NCBI GenBank assembly: GCA_046582185.1
Contig: JAYGEX010000033.1
Coordinates: 168 to 64,167 of the forward strand
Direction of reading: 5' to 3'
From: Pseudomonadales bacterium
GTDB taxonomy: Bacteria > Pseudomonadota > Gammaproteobacteria > Pseudomonadales > Azotimanducaceae
DNA length: 64,000 nt
Shown here: positions 27,398 through 35,779 of the stretch, one piece after another
Numbering within the stretch: position 1 is the stretch's first letter
Layout: the number at the start of each line of letters is the position of its first letter
Translations under genes and position numbers: made by a program
The notes under the pieces: model-generated
What the model was told of the DNA's origin: nothing
Databases searched by the model: none
The model's input: the letters and a program-made list of their open reading frames with translations, nothing else

Positions 27398-28095
27398 AAA
27401 ATTTAACAATGATCCTGCTATTGATGATTCTGTCTGCCATGGCATCGGCATCGGGAAAAAATTACCCCTATATGGCATGTTTTGAAGTTGCCAGTCGTGC
27501 GCACGATATTGATCTTGACCTCTTGCTCGCGGTAGCAGCCGTAGAAAGTAACTGGAATGCCACGGCACGATCTGCTGCTAATGCACATGGGATAATGCAA
27601 ATTCGGTGGCCCCAAACCGCCAGGCATCTTGGCTCGAGGCGAGTGGCTGAACTCTATAATCCCTGCCTGAATATTGATCTGGGCGCACGATATATGCATG
27701 AACTGTCCCAGCGCTACAATGGCGATGTGCAGCTAATGCTTGCCGCATATAATTACGGACCCACTCGAATACAGACCATCGAAGACGTTCCCACAGGCGT
27801 GAATGCGTACGTTGAAAAGGTCAGTCGCAGGAGAAGCGAAATCTCTCGAAGCTTAAGAGCTTCAAACCCTGCTCATGCAAGCGATCGCATGGAGCTCTCA
27901 AGATTCCATAGCCTGAGTCGAGCTCAACATTACATGAAATCATTCGAACGTCTGGTTCCCGACATAGAGCTGTCGATTGAACACAGGAGAAATCAAAACA
28001 TCATTTATCTGGATAGCCGTAATCTTAGCGCTCAAGCGCTCTATCGCATCGGTGTGTTAATTCCGGAATTTGGAAATGGAGATAATAATCAATGA
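27394..28095 (+). CDS. lytic transglycosylase, SLT (family 1) domain, secreted (operon gene 7)
   Basis: GTGA overlap, signal peptide. LLLAVAAVESNWNATARSAANAHGIMQI (catalytic Glu in VES, GxMQ) and AAYNYGP. Confidence 0.85.
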   Translation: MKNLTMILLLMILSAMASASGKNYPYMACFEVASRAHDIDLDLLLAVAAVESNWNATARSAANAHGIMQIRWPQTARHLGSRRVAELYNPCLNIDLGARYMHELSQRYNGDVQLMLAAYNYGPTRIQTIEDVPTGVNAYVEKVSRRRSEISRSLRASNPAHASDRMELSRFHSLSRAQHYMKSFERLVPDIELSIEHRRNQNIIYLDSRNLSAQALYRIGVLIPEFGNGDNNQ

Positions 28096-28433
28096 AATTT
28101 TCCTTACTGGCACTACTTTGGGCATTGCTCATCCCTGCCGCCGCCTTCGCTGCAGAATTTTACGGAGAGGCTCAAGTCACAGGCTCGGTGCCCATATTGA
28201 AAACTGTCCAGAACCGTGAACAACGAGAAAACTGTCCGGCTATTAAGCCAACTAACGGCGGCCTGCTGGCGATGATCAACTGGGATCTGGCTAATCGTGA
28301 CTGTACAAAAGTGACCAGCAGACAAGTCATCAGCGCTTACAGGGTGAGTTATTTCTGGGACGATCAGAATTTCACCCGGATTTTTGCCAAACCTCCCGGC
28401 AATACAGTGCCCATCAAAATTTCAATTGATTAG
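28092..28433 (+). CDS. small secreted beta-rich protein, zipper-less paralog of the 21706-22485 product (operon gene 8)
   Basis: ATGA overlap, signal peptide. FYGEAQVTGSVPI...C ... C.KVTSRQVISAYRVSYFWDDQNFT.....PGNTVPIKISI aligns with YGQVLEVEPNY...C ... C.IVERWVETTRIKNYSVTYRYKGNVFT.....PGSRIRIRVQV. Confidence 0.6.
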   Translation: MKFSLLALLWALLIPAAAFAAEFYGEAQVTGSVPILKTVQNREQRENCPAIKPTNGGLLAMINWDLANRDCTKVTSRQVISAYRVSYFWDDQNFTRIFAKPPGNTVPIKISID

Positions 28434-29183
28434 GCTAACTTCCTTAATTTCCAGCAATTCCACTTCAAATATCAGCACAGCATTAGGCGGGATACCTCGC
28501 GTGCCTCCAGGGCCATAACCTAGCTCCGAGGGGATCACAAAGCGTGTCTTGCCACCCACCCGCATCAGTTGCAAACCCTCGGTCCAGCCGGCAATAACCT
28601 GATTGAGGCCAAATTCTGCGGGGGTACCACGCTTTATGGAACTATCAAACACCTTTCCGCTGATCAGCTGGCCTTCATAGTGAACAACCACCTTGCTCTC
28701 GGATTTTGGCCGAGCGCCCTTACCTTCTACAAGAGTTTCATACTGCAATCCCGATGATGTTGTTTTAACGTTTGGCTTCAATGCATTTTCAGCAAGATAG
28801 ACCTTGCCCTGCCCAATACCCTCAGCGGCTATCCTGTTACGTTCATTTTCCTTCTCTTCCTTAAGTGCTTGTTGTCGCAAACGAATCTCCTTAACGACAC
28901 CCTGTTGCTGTTCAGGCTCTAGATTGGGAAGTTCTCCGGCGATGGAATCATTTAGCCCCTGCAACAACATTTCAAGGTTAACGTCTGTATTACCACCTTC
29001 TTTGAGCATATTTCCAAAGGAATATCCAAAGAAATAGCCACGCTCATTCTTCAAGCTGGTATCCGCAGCCGCGGGCTCAGCGGGACTTTCTTCTGCCCAG
29101 ATGGGGTAAGAAGACATTAAACAAATAAGCACTAAGCCATTGATTATTAATGATTTACTATACATCGGCAAAAAGTTCCACAA
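28422..29183 (-). CDS. periplasmic FKBP-type peptidyl-prolyl isomerase (FkpA/FklB-like)
   Basis: Signal peptide, FKBP_N-like helical part, then VVHYEGQLISGKVFDSS...GLNQVIAGWTEGLQLMRVGGK..FVIPSELGYG...IPPNAVLIFEVELLEI. Its 3' end overlaps gene 8 by 12 nt (convergent). Confidence 0.9.
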   Translation of the reverse strand: MWNFLPMYSKSLIINGLVLICLMSSYPIWAEESPAEPAAADTSLKNERGYFFGYSFGNMLKEGGNTDVNLEMLLQGLNDSIAGELPNLEPEQQQGVVKEIRLRQQALKEEKENERNRIAAEGIGQGKVYLAENALKPNVKTTSSGLQYETLVEGKGARPKSESKVVVHYEGQLISGKVFDSSIKRGTPAEFGLNQVIAGWTEGLQLMRVGGKTRFVIPSELGYGPGGTRGIPPNAVLIFEVELLEIKEVSLIN

Positions 29184-29459
29184 GGTAAAATCGACGCATT
29201 ATGGCACATCGTCCCCGCCATGAAATCCAGTAATTTGCCGCCCATCGCCAAAAGGCTGGATCTTGTCTGGTAGGTACCTTGTAAGTCCTTGATTCTTAAG
29301 TCTCAACCTATCACACTGACTTCAGGCCTACTGCTGTATATGACTAATTTTTTTACATACAAATAGAAACTGTTATTCCCCGCGGGATAGAACCTTACAG
29401 GCGTTCATAGGTCACATATTCACCAACACATTTGTTTTAAACAACTGATTATTAGACCC

Positions 29460-29534
29460 CAAACTATTAAGCACCGAACTATTAAGCACCGAACTATTAA
29501 GAACAGAACTACCAAACACCAAATTAGAATTCTT
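29460..29534. repeat. 15-bp tandem repeat x~5 (decaying) immediately upstream of prc
   Basis: CAAACTATTAAGCAC / CGAACTATTAAGCAC / CGAACTATTAAGAAC / AGAACTACCAAACAC / CAAATTAGAATTCTT. Confidence 0.85.
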
Positions 29535-29537
29535 TAT

Positions 29538-31844
29538 ATGAACTACCCGTCGAACAACAGCATTGCTTCCTTCATGAAGTCGATTCAACCGCGATCGCAC
29601 CGCGGCCTGCTACAAGCTAGTCTGCTGACCATACTCGCACTTTCATCAAGCCTAAGCAGTGCCACAGTCCGCAGTGAGCGCGCTGCTCCGCTTGAACCCA
29701 TGGCGATCCACCGGCAAACAACCCGTAACATCGTTGATGCACTTGCCAGCCGGCACTACATTGCCACACGGCTGGACGACGACCTTTCGGATCGTATCTA
29801 TCAGGCTTATATCATCGATCTGGACCCAAGCAAGAGTTACCTGTTGGCGGATGATATCGCTCTCTTTGAAGTCAATCGGTTTGAGATGGACAACGCACTA
29901 CGCAAAGGCAATCTTAGCCCGGCATTCGATATTTTTAATCGCTACCACGGGAGAGTCATTGCACGATTCCAGAACATCATTGCGATGCTGGAAGAAGGTG
30001 TCGATCAGTTCGATTTCAGCATCGATGAAACCCTCGAATTAGATAGAGAAGATGCAGCCTGGGCAGTCAATGAAGAGGAGCTAGACGACCTGTGGCGCAA
30101 GCGAATCAAAAATGCAGTGCTGAATTTAATGCTTTCAGACAAAGAGCAGGAGAAAATTCAGGAGTTATTACTAAAACGATACAAGAATCGCCTCACCAGA
30201 ACGCTTCAGACAAACAGTGAAGACGTCTACCAGCTTTACATGAATTCATTCACGAAAACTTACGACCCACACACACAATATTTTTCACCAAGAACCAGTG
30301 AAAATTTTAATATCAATATGAGCTTGTCCCTGGAAGGCATAGGTGCAGTACTGCAACTGGAAGATGAATATACCAAAGTAGTCAGCCTTGTTCCTGCGGG
30401 CCCCGCGGCAAAATCAAAGCAAATTTCACCGGATGATAGAATAATCGCAGTAGGCCAGGATAAGCACGGCGAGATGGTAGACGTCATTGGCTGGCGTCTG
30501 GACGAGGTTGTTCAGCTCATCCGCGGCAAGAAAGGCACTATTGTACGGTTGGATATTATTCCGGCTGCCGATAAAAATGGCTCCCAGTCCAGAATCATTC
30601 ATATCACCAGGAATAAAGTTAAGCTGGAAGAACAATCAGCCAAGTCTGAAATCATTGAGATCGAACAGTTTGGCCATACGCGAAAGATAGGCGTCATCGA
30701 TATTCCAACCTTCTATATAGACTTCAAGGCTTTACAGCAGCACGACAGAAATTACAAAAGTACCACACGAGATGTTAAGAATCTGCTGATAGATTTAATA
30801 GCCGAAGGCGTGGACGGTGTTGTCATTGACCTACGAGACAACGGCGGCGGATCGCTGCAGGAAGCAAAGACACTAACAGGTCTGTTCATCGACAGGGGCC
30901 CTACAGTACAGATTCGAAGTAAGAGTAATCGACTCGATATATTAAACGACACAGATATCAGTACAACTTACGACGGGCCACTGGCAATTCTTGTAAACAG
31001 ACTCAGTGCCTCAGCCTCTGAAATTTTTGCTGGCGCAATTCAGGATTATGAACGGGGGCTTATCATTGGCTCACAGACATTTGGCAAGGGCACAGTTCAA
31101 TCACTGCAACCTCTCAACCGCGGCCAGCTTAAGCTGACACAGGCAAAATTCTATCGCATCAGCGGAGAAAGCACGCAACACAGAGGCATCATTCCCGACA
31201 TTGCTTATCCTTCCAATTATGACCCAGAGTCCATAGGCGAGAGTACTCTCGACAATCCCCTGCCCTGGGATGAAATCCTGCCGACCGGATTCCGTTCAAA
31301 AAATGCAATCGATAATCACCTTGAAGAGTTGATTTCCCTTCACCAAGAAAGAGTCAAAGTTGATGCAGATTTTACTTATCTAAAAGAGGCTATTGCATAT
31401 AGAAAAACAAGAAGCCTTGAAACACGCGTCAGCCTTAATGAAAAAACCAGGAAGGAGAAAAAGCAAACATCCGACGATTTCTGGCTTGCCCTGGAGAACA
31501 AAAAGCGTGTTGCTCAAGGCAAGGCGATGATCGATTCCCTTGATGATCTCGACAACGATGAGCCTGCCGTTGCCGCTGCGCCCAAACCATCCAGTGGTAT
31601 CGCACCTGCTGCCGAAAGTGCCGAGGGAAGCGATGAACTCACAGGCAACGAGATGGCTGTGGTTGTTGAAACTCCAATATTGGTTGAAACTCCCCTATTG
31701 GAAAGCGACTCATTTGAGGATGTGGAAAAAGATGAGAAGAAGGCCCCTGACGCTTATCTCATTGAGACCCGTAATATTCTTCTGGATCTAATCTCGATGA
31801 AGCATCGTACTGCCGCTAAAGCCTCCGGCAAGAAATCGACTTAA
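29538..31844 (+). CDS. prc: tail-specific (C-terminal processing) protease, S41A
   Basis: 768 aa. PDZ region (LEGIGAVL...), DLRDNGGGSL, RLSASASEIFAGAIQDY, GKGTVQ. Acidic low-complexity C-terminal tail. An alternative start at M13 (29574) gives a cleaner signal peptide. Confidence 0.9.
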   Translation: MNYPSNNSIASFMKSIQPRSHRGLLQASLLTILALSSSLSSATVRSERAAPLEPMAIHRQTTRNIVDALASRHYIATRLDDDLSDRIYQAYIIDLDPSKSYLLADDIALFEVNRFEMDNALRKGNLSPAFDIFNRYHGRVIARFQNIIAMLEEGVDQFDFSIDETLELDREDAAWAVNEEELDDLWRKRIKNAVLNLMLSDKEQEKIQELLLKRYKNRLTRTLQTNSEDVYQLYMNSFTKTYDPHTQYFSPRTSENFNINMSLSLEGIGAVLQLEDEYTKVVSLVPAGPAAKSKQISPDDRIIAVGQDKHGEMVDVIGWRLDEVVQLIRGKKGTIVRLDIIPAADKNGSQSRIIHITRNKVKLEEQSAKSEIIEIEQFGHTRKIGVIDIPTFYIDFKALQQHDRNYKSTTRDVKNLLIDLIAEGVDGVVIDLRDNGGGSLQEAKTLTGLFIDRGPTVQIRSKSNRLDILNDTDISTTYDGPLAILVNRLSASASEIFAGAIQDYERGLIIGSQTFGKGTVQSLQPLNRGQLKLTQAKFYRISGESTQHRGIIPDIAYPSNYDPESIGESTLDNPLPWDEILPTGFRSKNAIDNHLEELISLHQERVKVDADFTYLKEAIAYRKTRSLETRVSLNEKTRKEKKQTSDDFWLALENKKRVAQGKAMIDSLDDLDNDEPAVAAAPKPSSGIAPAAESAEGSDELTGNEMAVVVETPILVETPLLESDSFEDVEKDEKKAPDAYLIETRNILLDLISMKHRTAAKASGKKST

Positions 31845-31864
31845 GTGAAACCTTTGCTAACTTC

Positions 31865-32536
31865 CTAAATAAAAGTACTGATTTCAGCAAGGCTCTTCTT
31901 GCTGATGTCAGGAACCTTTGCATCAGCTGCCGGATATCCCACAATTAGAAGCAGGAACGGCCGTTCTGTCCGCGGTCGATCCAGCACTTCATTTAGAAAA
32001 CCCATCGGGCTCGGCGTGTGAGTCAGACTAACCAGGCCGGCATTATGAATCGCGGCGATTAGTAGTCCGGTGGCAATGCCGACAGATTCTGTCGCATAGT
32101 AATGTTTCACCTTCCGCCCATCTTCCAGAATACCGTAACGCTGCTGAAAAATTGCAATCAGGTATGGTGCTATCTCAATGAATGGCTTACTGGAATCCGT
32201 CCCAAGGGGAGCAAGCGCATCCAGCCATTCCTGTGGCGCCTTCTCCTCATAGAAGGCGCGCTCTTCCTTTTCTGCTGCCATCCGCAGCTTATGTTTAATG
32301 TTGGCATCCTCAACCACCACAAACTGCCAGGGTTGCATATTGGCGCCACTGACTGCTGTACCTGCGGTCTTGATGCAGTTCTCTATAATCTCTCTTGGCA
32401 CTAGCCGCGATGAAAAATCGCGAACCGTGCGCCGCCTCTTCATATCCAGATAAAAATCTGAGGATCGCTCGAGCATATCCGGAATTGGATATTCCAGATA
32501 TTGATCCAGATCTGCTAACTCGAGTTCGCCGTCCAT
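31865..32536 (-). CDS. nitroreductase-family flavoprotein, iodotyrosine-deiodinase-like subgroup
   Basis: RRTVRDFS....P.E.IENCI.TAGTA.SGAN.QPW.F.VV....K..L, and the lid region [20 protein letters not shown], recalled as IYD-like. Confidence 0.65.
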   Translation of the reverse strand: MDGELELADLDQYLEYPIPDMLERSSDFYLDMKRRRTVRDFSSRLVPREIIENCIKTAGTAVSGANMQPWQFVVVEDANIKHKLRMAAEKEERAFYEEKAPQEWLDALAPLGTDSSKPFIEIAPYLIAIFQQRYGILEDGRKVKHYYATESVGIATGLLIAAIHNAGLVSLTHTPSPMGFLNEVLDRPRTERPFLLLIVGYPAADAKVPDISKKSLAEISTFI

Positions 32537-32537
32537 T

Positions 32538-34271
32538 CTATATCCTTGAGGCTGTTAGTTTGATATCTGACATCTGCCAGACTTCATCAAATTTGGCCTG
32601 GATTACACTGGCTTCACCTTGCTTGCTCTGCGCTTCAAGTGCCTGTACCAGGCCAAACATAGACCAGCCATTTCGTGGAAAGACTTCAAGGTCCTTTCGA
32701 TAAACTGCTTCCGCTTCGATAGCTTTGCCGTCCATAAGTAAAGCATGACCGAGCGCCTGTCGTGTTGGGTAGTACCAAAATGGCGGCTCTGTATACGCCA
32801 GCGTATCCTGCATTTCTACAGCATTGGCATAGTACGCGGCGGCACCTTTATAGTCCGAACCTGCGAACAGAATTTCACCCAGCAATAACTGGTTAGCAAT
32901 CTCTAACAGAAGGCTTGCCGGATAGTCCCGCTTATCAAGGAAGGCAATGGATACCGTGTCCTTTAATGGCAGCAGCGCCTGCTGCTCTGCCTTTGCGCCT
33001 TCAATATCACCCTTGGCAGTCAGGGCAATGCCCCTTACATAGTGACGAATACCCTGTGAGAATTTGAAATCAGCAGGAGGTTCCGGTGCATTCAGGATTT
33101 CATCCCATTTACCAAAGCGAACGTAAGAAAGTAGCGGGATGGTTCTAAAAAATTCTATGGTGGGAAATTGTTTTACCTGTTCAACATTGACGTTACTGGC
33201 AACCCGAAGAGCGGATTCAATGGACAAGGCACTTCGGCCTTCCATCGTCGAAGCTGCCCATAGAAAGTGAATGTTATGTGGGTAATAGAGGGCTGGATAA
33301 AAACCTTGCGCGTTACATTGGGCGATGTACGCCTCATCAACATTAGCCGCTGCAATATTGGCACTGGAAGCATCATGGTATCTGCCAACGCGCCAATAGA
33401 TATGTGAAGGCATGTGTACCATATGTCCAGCGCCAGGGACAAGTGCTGCCAATCGATCCGCGGCCTGTTCTGCCCTGCCAGGATTGCTGGACGCTTCTAC
33501 CGTATGAATATAAAGATGAATCGCCAGCGGGTGCTCAGGACTCATCGATAATACCTTCTCCAGCGCAGTAATCACCCTGATGGTATCTGCCCGGGGTTCA
33601 CCATCGTCGTTCCAGTAATTCCACGGCATGGTATCCATTAATGATTCTGCATAAAGCGCTTGCGCATCCATATCATATGGATACTTCATGGCGAGCTTAC
33701 CCATGGCACGTGCGTAAGCGTCATCAAGCCCATCACGCTCTTTGGTGACATCGCCGCTGTACCTCTTTTGCAGCGCTGAAATGTAATCCCGCTCCGCTTC
33801 AGAGACATTACCCACTCGAGCAACCGCACGTTGGAGCACAGCATAGGCCGTAAGACGCTCATCCTTAGACATAATCACTTTGCCATTGCTGGTGATATTA
33901 ATATTAGGGCCGGTAGCCAATGCTTCGCCCCAATAACACATGGCACACCCGGGATCGAGTCTCTGTGCGGCCTTAAAGCTTCTAATTGACTCGGCATGAT
34001 TGAAGGAGAAAGCAAGGATCAGGCCCTGATTAAAATATCTCTGCGCGCCTGGATCACTAGTAGTGATCTCGTGATGATGGCTTCCCATGCCGTCAAACAA
34101 AGGTGCGCCGGCACGATCAATTAGAGCGTGCTCAGGATGCTTGGTATCTGCCTGACTGCTCATACCTTCTGAGGATTTCATTGTCTCGGATGTACATGCG
34201 GGTAGACTCAACAATAAGCCTGTTAGAAAAGTGACCACGATCAATTGGAAATATCTGGAAAATTGATACAT
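32538..34271 (-). CDS. TPR-repeat protein, probable lipoprotein/secreted
   Basis: AAGGAA RBS before ATG 34271. Leader [26 protein letters not shown]. Multiple TPR-like helical pairs. Its stop abuts the nitroreductase start (1-nt gap). Confidence 0.6.
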   Translation of the reverse strand: MYQFSRYFQLIVVTFLTGLLLSLPACTSETMKSSEGMSSQADTKHPEHALIDRAGAPLFDGMGSHHHEITTSDPGAQRYFNQGLILAFSFNHAESIRSFKAAQRLDPGCAMCYWGEALATGPNINITSNGKVIMSKDERLTAYAVLQRAVARVGNVSEAERDYISALQKRYSGDVTKERDGLDDAYARAMGKLAMKYPYDMDAQALYAESLMDTMPWNYWNDDGEPRADTIRVITALEKVLSMSPEHPLAIHLYIHTVEASSNPGRAEQAADRLAALVPGAGHMVHMPSHIYWRVGRYHDASSANIAAANVDEAYIAQCNAQGFYPALYYPHNIHFLWAASTMEGRSALSIESALRVASNVNVEQVKQFPTIEFFRTIPLLSYVRFGKWDEILNAPEPPADFKFSQGIRHYVRGIALTAKGDIEGAKAEQQALLPLKDTVSIAFLDKRDYPASLLLEIANQLLLGEILFAGSDYKGAAAYYANAVEMQDTLAYTEPPFWYYPTRQALGHALLMDGKAIEAEAVYRKDLEVFPRNGWSMFGLVQALEAQSKQGEASVIQAKFDEVWQMSDIKLTASRI

Positions 34272-34339
34272 TGATGATTCCTTCTTACTGGGAGTTCCGC
34301 TATCGTAAGGAAAAAACACCACCCCGTCCATTGGTACTC

Positions 34340-34804
34340 ATGACACCAGCAATTGAAGCCCTGGAAGCCAGAGGCTACCAATTTACCTTACATCTCTACG
34401 CAGCCAACACCGGCGGAAACTACGGCATGAAAGCTGCCGAGAAGATGGCGCTGGATCCGGACCAGGTATTCAAATCCCTGGTCGTTCATTTGGAGGGAAA
34501 AGATCCGGTAATCGCTCTGGTGCCGGTTTCAAAGCAACTCAACATGAAACGTCTGGCTAAGGTTGCGGGTACAAAGCGAGCCAGTATGTTAGCCACAGAA
34601 GACGCAGAAAAATTAACGGGTTATGTGATAGGTGGCATTTGCCCTATAGGCTTAAAAAAGTCTCTACAGATATTCGCCGACAGTGCACTGCAGCGATTCC
34701 ACAATGTCTTTATTAGCGGCGGCAAGAGAGGCCTGGAGCTCGAAATGAATTCAAACGACCTCCTAACGATCACCAATGCAGCCGTTGTCGACATCGCAGA
34801 CTAG
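34340..34804 (+). CDS. ybaK: Cys-tRNA(Pro)/Cys-tRNA(Cys) deacylase YbaK/EbsC
   Basis: MTPAIEALEARGYQFTLHLY..., KSLVV, TGYVIGGICPIGLKK. The ORF-track start at 34271 is an upstream extension. Confidence 0.8.
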   Translation: MTPAIEALEARGYQFTLHLYAANTGGNYGMKAAEKMALDPDQVFKSLVVHLEGKDPVIALVPVSKQLNMKRLAKVAGTKRASMLATEDAEKLTGYVIGGICPIGLKKSLQIFADSALQRFHNVFISGGKRGLELEMNSNDLLTITNAAVVDIAD

Positions 34805-34900
34805 TTAGTTCCCGTCCATAAATAGCCAAATTAGAACAATATATGCAAAATTCTAGATCCGTTAGCTACATAAAACAATCACTTACCAGGGAAGTAACAC
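34801..34900 (+). repeat. ~100-bp MITE-like intergenic repeat, copy B (same orientation as copy A)
   Basis: Near-identical to 19700-19797 (a few substitutions and a 2-nt indel). The first 11 nt, CTAGTTAGTTC, recur at 34926-34936. Confidence 0.9.
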
Positions 34901-35022
34901 CGGCGGTTTCTATTTCTGGACGAGCACTAGTTAGTTCTTGTGCGGAAATTCAATGTTATCCTTCTTGTCAGTACATTTTTATTATTTCTATTGCCCTACT
35001 TATTGAGCGCGTGGCGCTATAA

Positions 35023-35760
35023 CTAACGATTTCGAACATGCTTCTCAACCATGTCAAAAGCGTTTTGGATTTCCTTAAATTTATCCTCTGCTGCCTTGGC
35101 AAATTCCGGTGGCATGCCTTGTGATTGAACTCTGTCCGGGTGATATTCCATTGCCAGCTTTCTGTATTTCTTTTTAACTGCAGCCAGCTCATCACCTTCC
35201 TGGCTACCCAGGATCGCATAATAGCTCGCAATATCATTTGGTATACCAACAAAGCGGCTCTTCAATTGACGATAGTGATCTTGTAGGCCGAAGATACTCA
35301 CCGCTTCAAGTATCATCTCCTCCTCGGCATCATGAAACTCGCCATCTGAATGGGCAACCAGGAGCAGCAACTCGATGAGTGACGCTAGCATCTCCGGAGA
35401 ACTGCCAAATTCTGTATAGAACTGTGCGGCAAAGTCCTCAAAGCACTCATCTGAGTCCTTCGCCGCATTAAAGATATCGATGGCAAACTCCCGGGATCTG
35501 GCGTCGAGTCTCAGGTTGTCTCTCATTACGCGATCTATGACTTCAATTTCTTGCGCTGTTACCATTCCGTCTGCTTTTGCTATTTTACCCAGCATCGAAA
35601 ATGTTGCGCCAAAATAGATACCCTGCTTGGATTCAAGAGAGCTCAGGCCGCCACCGGAATCAAGCGTATGATGCCCGAGCGCGGCGCCAATGACGGCCCC
35701 TATCGGCCCGGCAAAGACGAAGCCCAGCCCTCCGCCGAGGATTTTTCCCATCCAACTCAT
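35023..35760 (-). CDS. djlA: co-chaperone DjlA (TerB-like domain + C-terminal J domain)
   Basis: Gly-rich N-terminal membrane segment MSWMGKILGGGLGFVFAGPIGAVIGAALGH. C-terminal J domain YYAILG....L..VKKKYRKLAMEYHPDR. Confidence 0.85.
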   Translation of the reverse strand: MSWMGKILGGGLGFVFAGPIGAVIGAALGHHTLDSGGGLSSLESKQGIYFGATFSMLGKIAKADGMVTAQEIEVIDRVMRDNLRLDARSREFAIDIFNAAKDSDECFEDFAAQFYTEFGSSPEMLASLIELLLLVAHSDGEFHDAEEEMILEAVSIFGLQDHYRQLKSRFVGIPNDIASYYAILGSQEGDELAAVKKKYRKLAMEYHPDRVQSQGMPPEFAKAAEDKFKEIQNAFDMVEKHVRNR

Positions 35761-35779
35761 TATTTACGCCCTGTGCTTA

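Noticed and set aside
29460-29534. Could the 15-bp tandem arrays (29460-29534, 11448-11507) be CRISPR?
   Set aside because: The units are directly abutting with no spacers, the repeats are too short (15 bp) and decaying, and no cas genes are present.
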